From NCBI GenBank assembly GCA_025455085.1, contig JALONF010000001.1:1-27136 (forward strand): DNA of 27,136 nucleotides. The letters run 5' to 3'. Below the pieces are notes generated by a model. It was given only the letters and a program-made list of their open reading frames with translations, was not told the origin of the DNA and ran no database searches. The DNA comes from Ignavibacteriaceae bacterium (GTDB lineage Bacteria; Bacteroidota; Ignavibacteria; Ignavibacteriales; Ignavibacteriaceae). Positions 9,074 to 18,553 of this stretch are shown here, in pieces; position 1 is the first letter of the stretch, and every line of letters starts with the position of its first letter. Both the position numbers and the translations under genes were made by a program.

Positions 9074-9144
9074 CTGCCGGGAGAGGATTCGAACCTCTAC
9101 AGACGCCTCCAAAGGGCGTAGTCCTACCATTAGACGACCCGGCA
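9074..9144 (-). tRNA. tRNA-Gln, anticodon TTG (UUG); CCA not encoded
   Basis: Minus strand TGCCGGG TC GTCT AATGGTA GGAC T ACGCC CT-TTG-GA GGCGT CTGT AGAGG TTCGAAT CCTCT CCCGGCA G. Perfect 7-bp acceptor, 5-bp anticodon and 5-bp T stems, GG in the D-loop, and U1-A72 plus discriminator G as in bacterial tRNA-Gln. Confidence 0.97.
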
Positions 9145-9151
9145 ATAAACA

Positions 9152-9511
9152 TCAGAATTGAAGTCCTCCCTCGCGGGCACCATCGGCCAAAGCTTTAACT
9201 CTGCCGTGATATTTGAAACCACCCCTGTCGAACACAACATTCTTAATGTTTTTCTCCAACGCTTTTTTTGCAAGCATATTACCGATTAGCTTGCTCTTAT
9301 TGACTTTACCTTTAATTGACTTAACTTCAGCTTTTGCCTCTTTAGCTAAGCTTGAAATCGCAACTAAAGTATTTCCGGTTGAATCGTCTATAATTTGAGC
9401 ATAAATATTATCGAGACTTCTGTAAACTGAAAGACGAGGTCTTCCTGCTGTTCCAGAAATCTTTTTCCTAATTTTTATTTTTGCTCTACTTCTTGATGTT
9501 TTCTTTTTCAT
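9152..9511 (-). CDS. rplR: 50S ribosomal protein L18
   Basis: RPRLSVYRS...IYAQIIDD...[28 protein letters not shown]. Confidence 0.99.
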   Translation of the reverse strand: MKKKTSRSRAKIKIRKKISGTAGRPRLSVYRSLDNIYAQIIDDSTGNTLVAISSLAKEAKAEVKSIKGKVNKSKLIGNMLAKKALEKNIKNVVFDRGGFKYHGRVKALADGAREGGLQF

Positions 9512-9532
9512 TACAAATAAAACTCCTAAAAA

Positions 9533-10072
9533 TTATGCCCCAGCAGTCTTACCGGCTTTGCGAATAATTCGTTCATCTGAATATTTTATTCCCTTACCTT
9601 TGTAAGGTTCAGGTTTCCTGAATGATCTGATTTTTGCAGCAACAAGTCCAACTAATTCCTTGTCGATACCTGAAATTATTATTTGGGTCGGAGCAGGAAC
9701 CTCAAGCTTTACATCATCAGGCGGAACAAAATATATAGGATGAGAGTAACCGATATTCAATAATAAATTTTTCCCTTTAAGTTCAGCTTTATAACCAACA
9801 CCAACAATTTCAAGACTCTTTTTATACGAATCGGTAACACCGATAATCATATTCTGAATCAATGCACGAGTTAGACCATGTAAAGACCTTGTTTCCTTTA
9901 AGTCATCAGGTCTGCTGAACTTTATTTCATTCTCAACAATTTCAGCCTTGATTGTAGGATGAATTGTTTTGTGAAGCTCGCCTTTAGGTCCTTTAACTTT
10001 TATTACCTGACCTTCCAAATTAATATTGACCCCTTTTGGAATCTCTACAGGTTTTTTACCAATTCTGGACAA
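9533..10072 (-). CDS. rplF: 50S ribosomal protein L6 (TTG start)
   Basis: MSRIGKKPV, VKGPKGEL, RKPEPYKGKGIKY. Confidence 0.99.
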   Translation of the reverse strand: MSRIGKKPVEIPKGVNINLEGQVIKVKGPKGELHKTIHPTIKAEIVENEIKFSRPDDLKETRSLHGLTRALIQNMIIGVTDSYKKSLEIVGVGYKAELKGKNLLLNIGYSHPIYFVPPDDVKLEVPAPTQIIISGIDKELVGLVAAKIRSFRKPEPYKGKGIKYSDERIIRKAGKTAGA

Positions 10073-10095
10073 TCTTTAATCTCCGACTTTAAATT

Positions 10096-10491
10096 TTACC
10101 ATATATAACAAATTACTTCGCCACCGATGAGTTGATTTCTTGCATCCTTATCGGTTAATAAACCTTTGGGAGTAGAAATAACTGCAGTGCCTAAACCATT
10201 TAAAACTTTTGGCAACTTATCAGCCCCTCTGTAAACACGTAAACCAGGTTTACTTATTCTCTTCAAGCCATTGATGGCTGATATTCCGTTCTTATATTTT
10301 AAAACAAGATTCAGTTTCTTCTGTTTATTGTCATCAATTATTTCGTAATCAACTATATAACCTAGGTTTTTAAGAATTTCTGACAAACCAATTTTAGTTC
10401 TGGATGCAGGAATTTCAACACGCACTTTTTTTGCTTTGGCAGCGTTTCTAATTCTTGTTAAATAATCTGCTATTGGGTCTGTAACTGGCAT
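10096..10491 (-). CDS. rpsH: 30S ribosomal protein S8
   Basis: [42 protein letters not shown]. Confidence 0.99.
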   Translation of the reverse strand: MPVTDPIADYLTRIRNAAKAKKVRVEIPASRTKIGLSEILKNLGYIVDYEIIDDNKQKKLNLVLKYKNGISAINGLKRISKPGLRVYRGADKLPKVLNGLGTAVISTPKGLLTDKDARNQLIGGEVICYIW

Positions 10492-10506
10492 TTATACTTT
10501 CTCCGT

Positions 10507-10776
10507 TTACCAACTTGATTTTTTTACGCCTGGAATTTCGCCTTTCAGAGCCATTTCTCTGAATACTAATCTTGAAATTCCAAATTTTCTGTAATAACTT
10601 CTTGCTCTTCCCGTAAACATACATCGGTTCTTTAATCTGGTCATAGAAGAATCTCGAGGAAGTTTCTGAAGCTCTTCATAATCACCATTCGCTTTCAGCT
10701 CTGCACGCTGCTTCCTGTACTTTTCATAAAGCATGTGTCTTTTTGTTTCTCTTGCTATTAAACATGTACGAGCCAT
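10507..10776 (-). CDS. rpsN: 30S ribosomal protein S14, 89-aa form lacking the four-Cys zinc motif
   Basis: [51 protein letters not shown]. Confidence 0.97.
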   Translation of the reverse strand: MARTCLIARETKRHMLYEKYRKQRAELKANGDYEELQKLPRDSSMTRLKNRCMFTGRARSYYRKFGISRLVFREMALKGEIPGVKKSSW

Positions 10777-10784
10777 TAAATCTC

Positions 10785-11438
10785 CTAAGCTGTTTTAATT
10801 TCTTTTTTAATGAAAGGCATTCCAAATAATTTCAATAATTCGTAAGCCTCTTTATCAGATTTAGCTGATGTTACTATTGTAATATCCATTCCAAGAACTT
10901 TGGTTATCTTATCAACATTTATCTCAGGAAAAATAATCTGTTCTCTAACACCCAGAGTATAATTTCCTCTTCCGTCAAAAGATTTGTCTGACAAGCCGCG
11001 AAAGTCTCTTACACGAGGCAGAGCAACATTTATAAGCCTATCAAGAAACTCATACATTCTTTCTTTTCGCAGAGTTACCATTGCACCGATGCTGAGACCT
11101 TCTCTTAATTTAAAGTTTGAAATTGCTTTCTTAGCTTTTCTAATACTTGCTTTCTGACCTGTTATTGATTCCAGTTCTCTAACAGCTTCCTCAAGAATTT
11201 TAGGTTCGGCAACTGCAGCTCCAACTCCCATATTCACCACAATTTTCTCGATTTTCGGAACTTGCATTACGTTATTATAGCCTAAGGTTTTCTTCAAACC
11301 GGGAATAACTTCAGCACGATAGTAATCAAAAAGTCTGCTCGGAATTTTAACATCCTTTTCGGTGGATGGTTTCCCAGCATCTTTCTTTGGTTTTTCTTTT
11401 TTCTCTTTTGATTCTTTTACTTGTTTTTTTTCTGCCAT
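10785..11438 (-). CDS. rplE: 50S ribosomal protein L5 with a Lys/Glu-rich N-terminal extension
   Basis: [42 protein letters not shown]. Confidence 0.98.
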   Translation of the reverse strand: MAEKKQVKESKEKKEKPKKDAGKPSTEKDVKIPSRLFDYYRAEVIPGLKKTLGYNNVMQVPKIEKIVVNMGVGAAVAEPKILEEAVRELESITGQKASIRKAKKAISNFKLREGLSIGAMVTLRKERMYEFLDRLINVALPRVRDFRGLSDKSFDGRGNYTLGVREQIIFPEINVDKITKVLGMDITIVTSAKSDKEAYELLKLFGMPFIKKEIKTA

Positions 11439-11464
11439 CTGTCTAACAATAATTTAAATTCTGA

Positions 11465-11788
11465 CTAAATCATTTCTCCGCTTACTTTAGATACGCGGGC
11501 AATTTTCTTTTTACCTGTTTTCTCATCAAGGATAATTCTCGATCCAAGACGAGTTGGCTCATTGCTCTTGGGATCAAGTATCATCACATTAGAAGCATGT
11601 ATTGATGCTTCTTTTTCAAGAATTCCGCCCTGCGGACTTTTTCGGTTCGGTTTTGTATGCCGCTTCCTTAGATTTATACCTTCGACGATAACTCTATATT
11701 TCGCTGGGAATACTTTAAGTACTTTTCCGGTCTTACCTCGGTCATTACCGGAAATTACCATAACCATATCATTTTTTCTGATTTTCAT
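11465..11788 (-). CDS. rplX: 50S ribosomal protein L24
   Basis: MKIRKNDMVMVISGNDRGKTGKV, VEGIN, EASIHASNV. Confidence 0.98.
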   Translation of the reverse strand: MKIRKNDMVMVISGNDRGKTGKVLKVFPAKYRVIVEGINLRKRHTKPNRKSPQGGILEKEASIHASNVMILDPKSNEPTRLGSRIILDEKTGKKKIARVSKVSGEMI

Positions 11789-11798
11789 AATAAACCTT

Positions 11799-12167
11799 TT
11801 ACAATACTTCGGGTGCTAATGAAACGATTTTCATAAATTGTTTATCTCTCAACTCACGGGCAACAGGACCGAAGATACGTGTGCCACGCGGTTCGTTCTG
11901 AGGATTTATCAACACGGCTGCATTCTCATCAAACCGAATGTATGAACCATCTTTTCTTCTAACTTCTTTTTTAGTTCTCACAATAACTGCTCTGGATACT
12001 TCACCTTTTTTAACTGTTCCGTTCGGCATTGCAGTTTTAACACTAACTACGATCGTATCGCCAACCGTAGCATACCTTCTGCCGCTTCCGCCTAATACCC
12101 TGATGCATCTCACTTTCTTTGCACCGGAATTATCGGCCACGATCAGATTTGTTTCTTCCTGTATCAT
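11799..12167 (-). CDS. rplN: 50S ribosomal protein L14
   Basis: MIQEET...[35 protein letters not shown]. Confidence 0.99.
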   Translation of the reverse strand: MIQEETNLIVADNSGAKKVRCIRVLGGSGRRYATVGDTIVVSVKTAMPNGTVKKGEVSRAVIVRTKKEVRRKDGSYIRFDENAAVLINPQNEPRGTRIFGPVARELRDKQFMKIVSLAPEVL

Positions 12168-12185
12168 TGCTCGTAATTCTCCTGC

Positions 12186-12443
12186 CTACTTGGCTTTTTC
12201 AATAATTTCGACTAAGCGCCATCTCTTGTTTAAGCTGAGTGGGCGTGTTTCCATAATTTTTACTTTATCACCAGGTTTACATTCTCTTTTTTCATCGTGA
12301 GCCATAAGCTTGGTAGTCTTCTTAAAGTATTTTTTATAAATAGGATGAGCAACCTTTCTTTCGATGGCAACGGTAATCGTTTTATCCATCTTATTACTAA
12401 CCACAACTCCAATCCTGGTTTTTCTTAATCCGCGTGCTTCCAT
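12186..12443 (-). CDS. rpsQ: 30S ribosomal protein S17
   Basis: [35 protein letters not shown]. Confidence 0.99.
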   Translation of the reverse strand: MEARGLRKTRIGVVVSNKMDKTITVAIERKVAHPIYKKYFKKTTKLMAHDEKRECKPGDKVKIMETRPLSLNKRWRLVEIIEKAK

Positions 12444-12446
12444 CTT

Positions 12447-12671
12447 TTAAGCTTTTGCTCCTTTCACAAAGGTACCTGCTGTTTGTAATTCTCTTTCCCG
12501 AAGAATTGTCCTCAACCTTGATATATCTCTTTTCACATTTTTTATCTTCGCTGTATTCGTCAATTGTTTCAACTGATGAGAGAACTTTAAGTCAACAAGA
12601 CTTTGCTCTTCATCTTTAATCCTCTGAATTATTTCTTCAGTTTTCATTTCTTTTATTTCGTGAATCTTCAT
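12447..12671 (-). CDS. rpmC: 50S ribosomal protein L29
   Basis: LVDLKF...QLTNTAKIKNVKRDISRLRTIL; canonical rplP-rpsQ slot. Confidence 0.95.
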   Translation of the reverse strand: MKIHEIKEMKTEEIIQRIKDEEQSLVDLKFSHQLKQLTNTAKIKNVKRDISRLRTILRERELQTAGTFVKGAKA

Positions 12672-12685
12672 CTCAAAATCCTTAG

Positions 12686-13102
12686 TTATTCAAAGTCTGG
12701 TCTTGAAACCACTTTAGTTTTAATTGGCAGCTTGTGAGAGCAAAGCTGAAGTGCCTCATTTGCCATTTCCCTGGTAACACCTGACACTTCAAACAGAATT
12801 CTCCCCGGTTTAACAACTGCAACCCAAAATTCTGGTGCGCCCTTTCCCTTACCCATTCTTGTCTCAAGAGGTTTTTTAGAAACGGGTTTGTCAGGAAAAA
12901 TTCTAATCCAAACACGACCGTCTCGTTTCATTTTTCTAGATAGAGCAACACGACACGCTTCAATCTGTCTGCTGGTAATCCATGCTGGTTCAAGAGATTT
13001 TAAACCAAAATCTCCAAACGCAACCGAACTACCTCGTTTCGCGTAGCCTTTTCTTCTACCTCTATGTGCTTTTCTAAATTTTACTCTTTTCGGCATTAAC
13101 AT
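12686..13102 (-). CDS. rplP: 50S ribosomal protein L16
   Basis: [32 protein letters not shown]. Confidence 0.99.
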   Translation of the reverse strand: MLMPKRVKFRKAHRGRRKGYAKRGSSVAFGDFGLKSLEPAWITSRQIEACRVALSRKMKRDGRVWIRIFPDKPVSKKPLETRMGKGKGAPEFWVAVVKPGRILFEVSGVTREMANEALQLCSHKLPIKTKVVSRPDFE

Positions 13103-13123
13103 AATGTTAGCTCCTGCTCAAAA

Positions 13124-13765
13124 TTATTCCATAGCTCTCTTGCCGAGTATTTCTCCACGGCAAATCCACACTTTAATTCCTATTGAGCCATAGATAGTTT
13201 CTGCTCTGCCATTTGCATAATCTATATCAGCTCTTAATGTGTGAAGCGGTATTCTACCATCTTTATATTGTTCAGTTCTTGCAATTTCAGCACCGCCCAA
13301 TCGCCCACCGCACTTAATTCTTATACCTTCGGCACCCATTCTCATCGAAGCTGTAATTGCCATCTTCATCGCTCTTCTGAAGGACACTCTTCCTTCAATC
13401 TGACTAGCGATATTTTCTGCAACCAGATAAGCATCAAGTTCCGGTCTTTTAATTTCTGAAATCTGAATCTTAACTTCTTTATTAGTTATCTGTCTTAATT
13501 CTTCTTCAAGCTGGGTTATTTCTTTACCGCTTTTTCCAATTACAACACCCGGTCTTGACGTATGAATATTTAATATTACATTCTTTGAAGTTCTGTCAAT
13601 TATTATTTTTGATATACCTGCTTTTTTCAATCTGTTTCTTACGTAGCTGCGAAGCTTTTCATCTTCTTTAAGTTTAGTTGCATAACTTTTGCTTTCGTAC
13701 CAGTTCGAGTTCCAACCTCTGATTAAACCTACTCTTAAACCAATCGGATTAGTTTTCTGTCCCAA
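13124..13765 (-). CDS. rpsC: 30S ribosomal protein S3 (TTG start)
   Basis: [42 protein letters not shown]. Confidence 0.99.
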   Translation of the reverse strand: MGQKTNPIGLRVGLIRGWNSNWYESKSYATKLKEDEKLRSYVRNRLKKAGISKIIIDRTSKNVILNIHTSRPGVVIGKSGKEITQLEEELRQITNKEVKIQISEIKRPELDAYLVAENIASQIEGRVSFRRAMKMAITASMRMGAEGIRIKCGGRLGGAEIARTEQYKDGRIPLHTLRADIDYANGRAETIYGSIGIKVWICRGEILGKRAME

Positions 13766-13780
13766 AAATTTCTCCTTAAA

Positions 13781-14128
13781 TTATGCTTTTTTTGCTACTA
13801 TAATTGTTAAGTGACAGGATCTTTTCCTTATCCTGTATGCTCTGCCTTGCGGTGCAGGCGATATTCTTCTCAAAGTCGGACCAACATTGACGTACGCTTC
13901 TTTTACGAAAAGATCAGCGGGTTCAACTCTTACAGTTTCTTCTTTTGTATTAATAAGATTAGATACAGCAGACCTCAACGTTTTTTCCGCATCTTTAGAT
14001 GAATGCTTTGGAGAGAAGTGAAGAATCTCCAATGCTTTATCTACTGATTCACCTCTAATTAAATCAACCACCAATCTCATTTTTCTTGGTGATGAACCTA
14101 TAAATCTGTTTATTGCTCTTGCTTCCAT
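13781..14128 (-). CDS. rplV: 50S ribosomal protein L22
   Basis: SPRKMRLVVDLIRG, PQGRAYRIRKRSCHLTI. Confidence 0.99.
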   Translation of the reverse strand: MEARAINRFIGSSPRKMRLVVDLIRGESVDKALEILHFSPKHSSKDAEKTLRSAVSNLINTKEETVRVEPADLFVKEAYVNVGPTLRRISPAPQGRAYRIRKRSCHLTIIVAKKA

Positions 14129-14147
14129 CGTACTTAATCTTTCTTAA

Positions 14148-14435
14148 TTAACCGGCTTTAGCTGCTTTTTCTGCTTTAGTGCCAGGATGACCTCTGAATA
14201 TTCGAGTTGGTGAAAATTCTCCTAATTTATGTCCGACCATATTTTCTGTAATGAAAATCGGAATCATTTTGTTTCCATTATGAACTGCAATAGTATGACC
14301 AACAAAATCAGGTGTTATGATTGATGCACGTGACCAAGTCTTAACTATTTTCTTTTGATTAGCATTATTAAGCTGTTTGATTCTTTCAAGCAGTTTATAA
14401 TGTATAAAAGGTCCTTTTTTTACCGAACGAGGCAT
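14148..14435 (-). CDS. rpsS: 30S ribosomal protein S19
   Basis: [29 protein letters not shown]. Confidence 0.99.
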   Translation of the reverse strand: MPRSVKKGPFIHYKLLERIKQLNNANQKKIVKTWSRASIITPDFVGHTIAVHNGNKMIPIFITENMVGHKLGEFSPTRIFRGHPGTKAEKAAKAG

Positions 14436-14444
14436 AAGCTAAAC

Positions 14445-15272
14445 CTAATTTTTCCTTCTTTTAATGATGTATTTATTAGATTGATTTTTTCTTTTACGAG
14501 TTTTCAATCCTTTAGATTTCTGTCCCCAAGGAGATACAGGATGACCACCGCCCGAAGTTTTACCTTCACCGCCACCCATCGGGTGATCAACAGGGTTCAT
14601 TGCAACTCCTCTGACGTATGAACGTCTTCCCAACCATCGTGTTCTTCCTGCTTTTCCAAGACTAATATTTTCGTGCTCTGAATTTCCTACCATTCCATAT
14701 GTAGCTAAACAATCAATATTTATAAGTCTTACTTCACCTGAAGGCATTTTTAGCTGAGCTAAGTTTCCTTCTTTTGCCATTAATTGAAGAGAACTGCCGG
14801 CACTTCTTCCAAGCTGACCACCTTTTCCAGGTTTAATTTCGACGTTATGAACAAAACTTCCCAATGGCATTTCTTTAAGCGGCAATGTATTACCAACTGA
14901 AATTTCACTTCCAGGTCCGGAAGAAATCGTATCTCCAACTTTCAAACCATTTGGAGCAATTATATATCTTTTTTCACCATCAGCGTAGTGAAGCAGTGCA
15001 ATTCTTGCTGATCTGTTCGGGTCATATTCAATTGAAAAAACTTTTGCGGCTATACCATGCTTATTTCTCTTGAAATCTATAATCCTGTATCTTCTTTTGT
15101 GACCGCCGCCAATATGCCTTGAAGTAATTCTGCCAAGATTATTTCTGCCGCCTGATTTCTTTAATGCAACAGTAAGAGATTTTTCAGGTACAGATTTAGT
15201 GATCTCATCAAAAGTATAATTACTTCTGAATCTTGTTCCCGGTGTTACTGGTTTTAATTTTTTAATTCCCAT
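14445..15272 (-). CDS. rplB: 50S ribosomal protein L2
   Basis: [39 protein letters not shown]. Confidence 0.99.
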   Translation of the reverse strand: MGIKKLKPVTPGTRFRSNYTFDEITKSVPEKSLTVALKKSGGRNNLGRITSRHIGGGHKRRYRIIDFKRNKHGIAAKVFSIEYDPNRSARIALLHYADGEKRYIIAPNGLKVGDTISSGPGSEISVGNTLPLKEMPLGSFVHNVEIKPGKGGQLGRSAGSSLQLMAKEGNLAQLKMPSGEVRLINIDCLATYGMVGNSEHENISLGKAGRTRWLGRRSYVRGVAMNPVDHPMGGGEGKTSGGGHPVSPWGQKSKGLKTRKRKNQSNKYIIKRRKN

Positions 15273-15293
15273 TTACTTACCTGTTTCTAAAAG

Positions 15294-15587
15294 CTAAACT
15301 GCTTCGAATAGCTCAATTTTTTCCCCTTCTTTAAGGGTGATAATTGCTTTTTTATATTTTGCTGTTTTGCCTGTAAATCTTCCTTTTTTTCTGAACTGAG
15401 TTTTTGTTTTTCCAGGATGATTTATAGTCTTAACTTCTGTTACATGAACATTGAACTTTTCTTCAATCGCCTTAGCAATCTGAATTTTATTTGCTTTTGT
15501 GTTCACCAAAAATCCATACTTGCCTTTGTCAGCTGTAATGTTTGTCATCTTTTCTGTGATTAACGGGCTGATTAATATCTGATGCAT
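15294..15587 (-). CDS. rplW: 50S ribosomal protein L23
   Basis: PLITEK, ANKIQIAKAIE, KKAIITL. Confidence 0.98.
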   Translation of the reverse strand: MHQILISPLITEKMTNITADKGKYGFLVNTKANKIQIAKAIEEKFNVHVTEVKTINHPGKTKTQFRKKGRFTGKTAKYKKAIITLKEGEKIELFEAV

Positions 15588-15588
15588 T

Positions 15589-16239
15589 TTAGTTCACCGC
15601 CTTTTCTTCGTTATCACCGAAAGTATTGGCAATTGCTTCAACAGCAGTATGCTGAAGGACTAATATCTGATTGTTGAGAATATCATAAGTAGAAGCTTTG
15701 CTTGCCTCCATCACACTGACCTTATTAATATTTCTTCCGGATTTGTAAAGATTAGTGTCATTCTTACCTGTTAAAAGAAGAATCTTCTTTCCGTTTAGCT
15801 TTAACGCTTCCATCATTGATACAAAATCTTTAGTCTTCGGCTTATCAAATGAAAAATCTTCAACTACTATCAACTGCTCATCTTTTGCTTTGTAGCTAAG
15901 TGCAGATTTCCTTGCAAGCTGTCTAACTTTTTGTGGAAGCTTCTGTCTGTAATCTCTTGGACGGGGACCAAAAATAGTTCCGCCGCCAATCCATAATGGA
16001 GAACGAGTTGTTCCGGCTCTTGCGGTTCCTCTTCCTTTTTGTCTCCAGGGTTTCTTTCCGCCTCCGCTTACTTCTGATCTTTCTTTTGCTTTATGTGTTC
16101 CCTGCCTCTGATTTGCAAGGAATGCTTTTACAGAAAGATAGATTGCATGATCATTCGGCTGAATGCCGAAGATTTCATCATCAAGCTTTACTTTTTTACC
16201 CGAAGGTTTTCCGTCTATTTTTAATATCTCTAATGTCAT
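15589..16239 (-). CDS. rplD: 50S ribosomal protein L4
   Basis: RQGTHKAKERSEVSGGGKKPWRQKGRGTARAG, FGPRPR. Confidence 0.99.
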   Translation of the reverse strand: MTLEILKIDGKPSGKKVKLDDEIFGIQPNDHAIYLSVKAFLANQRQGTHKAKERSEVSGGGKKPWRQKGRGTARAGTTRSPLWIGGGTIFGPRPRDYRQKLPQKVRQLARKSALSYKAKDEQLIVVEDFSFDKPKTKDFVSMMEALKLNGKKILLLTGKNDTNLYKSGRNINKVSVMEASKASTYDILNNQILVLQHTAVEAIANTFGDNEEKAVN

Positions 16240-16271
16240 GATTATTCAGCTATTAATTCTTTTTTATAAGC

Positions 16272-16895
16272 CTATGGCTTAATCAATTCGACTATTGAAT
16301 TTATTGATCCCGGAACGGCACCTTTTACCAATATCAGATTATCCTCGGGAATAATTTTAATTACTTTAAGGTTACGAACTGTAACATTTTCAAAACCCAT
16401 TCTTCCAGCCATCCTTTGTCCCTTAAAAACTCTTGAGGGATAAGAACTTGCACCTATTGAACCGGGAGCTCTAAGTCTATCACTTTGACCGTGAGTCGTT
16501 CCACCGACACCGCCAAAATTGTGACGCCTCATTACACCCTGAAATCCTTTTCCTTTACTCTTTCCTCTAACTTTGATCAGTTCGCCTTCTTTGAAAAAAT
16601 CAACTTTTATATCGTCACCAACTTTAATGCTATCAACATCAAATCCCTTAAATTCTTTTACAGTTTTAAAAGGAGTCAGACTGTTTTTCTTGAACTGTCC
16701 TAAAACTGGCTTACTAACATGTTTTTCCTTCTTTTCTTCAAAGCCGATAGCTACAGCAGCATAACCGTCTTTTTCTTTTTTACGAAGAGAAACAACTTTA
16801 CAGGGCCCTGCCTGAATAACAGTAACCGTTACTAAATCTCCTTCAGCATTAAAGACGCTGGTCATTCCTATTTTTTTACCTAAAATTCCCGGCAT
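16272..16895 (-). CDS. rplC: 50S ribosomal protein L3
   Basis: GKKIGMT, GKGFQGVMRRH, PSRVFKGQRMAGRMG, VKGAVPG. Confidence 0.99.
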   Translation of the reverse strand: MPGILGKKIGMTSVFNAEGDLVTVTVIQAGPCKVVSLRKKEKDGYAAVAIGFEEKKEKHVSKPVLGQFKKNSLTPFKTVKEFKGFDVDSIKVGDDIKVDFFKEGELIKVRGKSKGKGFQGVMRRHNFGGVGGTTHGQSDRLRAPGSIGASSYPSRVFKGQRMAGRMGFENVTVRNLKVIKIIPEDNLILVKGAVPGSINSIVELIKP

Positions 16896-16913
16896 ATCAA
16901 ACTCGGTTTTAAA

Positions 16914-17222
16914 TTATAACTTAATTTCTATATCAACACCCGCCGGAATATCAAGCTTACTTAATGAATCGACGGTTTTATTATTTGAATTATGAATATC
17001 TATTATTCTCTTGTGTGCACGTGTTTCAAATTGCTCTCGTGATTTTTTATCAACGTGAGGAGATCTCAATACAGTGTATACAGTTTTACGTGTCGGAAGA
17101 GGAATTGGTCCTGAGACTACTGCGCCAGTACTTCTGACAGTTTTAATTATCTTCTCGGTTGACTTATCAATCAAAATATGATCATAAGATTTCAACTTAA
17201 TTCTTATTTTCTGACCAGCCAA
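16914..17222 (-). CDS. rpsJ: 30S ribosomal protein S10 (TTG start)
   Basis: [32 protein letters not shown]; AAGGAG upstream. Confidence 0.99.
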   Translation of the reverse strand: MAGQKIRIKLKSYDHILIDKSTEKIIKTVRSTGAVVSGPIPLPTRKTVYTVLRSPHVDKKSREQFETRAHKRIIDIHNSNNKTVDSLSKLDIPAGVDIEIKL

Positions 17223-17250
17223 TTAGAAACTCCTTTTATTTAACACAATT

Positions 17251-17277
17251 GAAAAGGGAGATAAGGTCTCCCTTTTC
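17251..17277 (-). terminator. Perfect hairpin between tuf and rpsJ; weak terminator, attenuator or mRNA-stabilising stem
   Basis: gaaaagggaga-taagg-tctcccttttc: 11-bp perfect inverted repeat with a 5-nt loop. On the minus strand the GC core is followed by only TTTTCAATT. Confidence 0.6.
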
Positions 17278-17295
17278 TTAATAGAATATTTTTAA

Positions 17296-18504
17296 TTATT
17301 TATAAATCTTTGTTACAACGCCAGCACCAACGGTTCTGCCGCCTTCACGAATAGCGAATCTTAATCCTTCTTCCATAGCGATCTCAGAAATTAATTCAAT
17401 CTTTAGCTTAATATTATCACCTGGCATTACCATTTCCGTACCTTCAGGTAGACTAGCAACACCGGTTACGTCGGTAGTTCTGAAATAGAACTGTGGTCGG
17501 TAACCATTAAAGAATGGTGTATGTCTTCCGCCTTCATTCTTTGATAAGATGTAAACCGAACCATCAAATACTGTATGTGGTGTAATGGAACCGGTTTTTG
17601 CTAATACCATTCCTCTTTCAATTTCATTTTTATCAACACCTCTGAGCAATATTCCGGCGTTATCGCCAGCCATTGCTGAGTCAAGTTCTTTTCTGAACAT
17701 TTCGATACCGGTAACTACAGTCTTTTTGTGAATACCGAGCCCGATAAGTTCAACTTCTTCCTGAAGTTTTACTTCGCCTCTCTCCACTCTACCGGTAGCC
17801 ACTGTACCACGACCTGTAATAGAGAAAACGTCTTCTACAGGCATCAAGAATGGTTTCTTGGTTTCCCTTTCAGGTATTGGAATATATGAATCAACTGCAT
17901 CCATAAGATTCCAGATACACTCTAGAGCAGGATCTTCAACCTTTGAATCAGGATTTGATACAACCTCAAGAGCCTTTAAAGCTGAACCTCTGATAATAGG
18001 AATGTCTTTACCCGGAAATTCATAAGAGGTTAAAAGATCTCTCAATTCTTCTTCAACAAGGTCTAAAAGTTCAGGATCATCAACCATATCAACTTTATTC
18101 ATAAATACAACTATTTTTGGAACACCTACCTGTCTTGCAAGGAGAATATGCTCTCTGGTTTGAGGCATAGGTCCATCCGTAGCAGCAACAACCAGAATAG
18201 CACCATCCATTTGTGCAGCACCGGTAATCATGTTCTTTACATAGTCCGCGTGGCCAGGACAGTCTACGTGAGCGTAGTGTCTCTTTTCAGTTGAATATTC
18301 CACGTGGGCTGTTGCTATTGTAATGCCTCTTTCTCTTTCTTCAGGTGCATTATCAATACTATCGAATGTTCTAATCTCCGAAAGGCCCTTCTTGTTAAGA
18401 GCCATTGTGATGGCGGCAGTTAATGTGGTTTTACCATGATCTACGTGACCAATTGTTCCAACGTTAACGTGCGGCTTACTTCTGTCAAATTTTGCTTTTG
18501 CCAT
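17296..18504 (-). CDS. tuf: Elongation factor Tu
   Basis: [52 protein letters not shown]. Confidence 0.99.
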   Translation of the reverse strand: MAKAKFDRSKPHVNVGTIGHVDHGKTTLTAAITMALNKKGLSEIRTFDSIDNAPEERERGITIATAHVEYSTEKRHYAHVDCPGHADYVKNMITGAAQMDGAILVVAATDGPMPQTREHILLARQVGVPKIVVFMNKVDMVDDPELLDLVEEELRDLLTSYEFPGKDIPIIRGSALKALEVVSNPDSKVEDPALECIWNLMDAVDSYIPIPERETKKPFLMPVEDVFSITGRGTVATGRVERGEVKLQEEVELIGLGIHKKTVVTGIEMFRKELDSAMAGDNAGILLRGVDKNEIERGMVLAKTGSITPHTVFDGSVYILSKNEGGRHTPFFNGYRPQFYFRTTDVTGVASLPEGTEMVMPGDNIKLKIELISEIAMEEGLRFAIREGGRTVGAGVVTKIYK

Positions 18505-18553
18505 CGGTTTCTCCTTTTAATTTTGTTCCTTTTTTTTATTTATTCTTAATTAA

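Noticed and set aside
9050-9095. Possible internal promoter for rpsE (TAATAAT in the tRNA trailer)
   Set aside because: No acceptable -35 element at 16-18 nt spacing, and the region is AT-rich.
9074-9144. tRNA as an integration-site (att) remnant of a mobile element
   Set aside because: No integrase, no duplicated tRNA 3' fragment and no foreign DNA nearby; both flanks are intact r-protein genes.
9158-9160. Penultimate rplR codon is CAA (Gln), read by the adjacent tRNA-Gln(UUG), suggesting a sensing mechanism
   Set aside because: The GLQF ending is also the E. coli L18 C-terminus, where no tRNA follows; coincidence is the simpler explanation.
12682-12915. 77-aa alternative-frame ORF in rplP, and 64-aa alternative-frame ORF in fusA (20419-20613)
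   Set aside because: Same-strand out-of-frame ORFs within highly conserved genes; no evidence of function.
6626-16764. Plus-strand ORFs antisense to secY and r-protein genes (6626, 7169, 7918, 9213, 11562, 11938, 12434, 13241, 13811, 14355, 14885, 15996, 16485, 16573)
   Set aside because: All overlap conserved minus-strand genes and have shadow-like composition with no family motifs.
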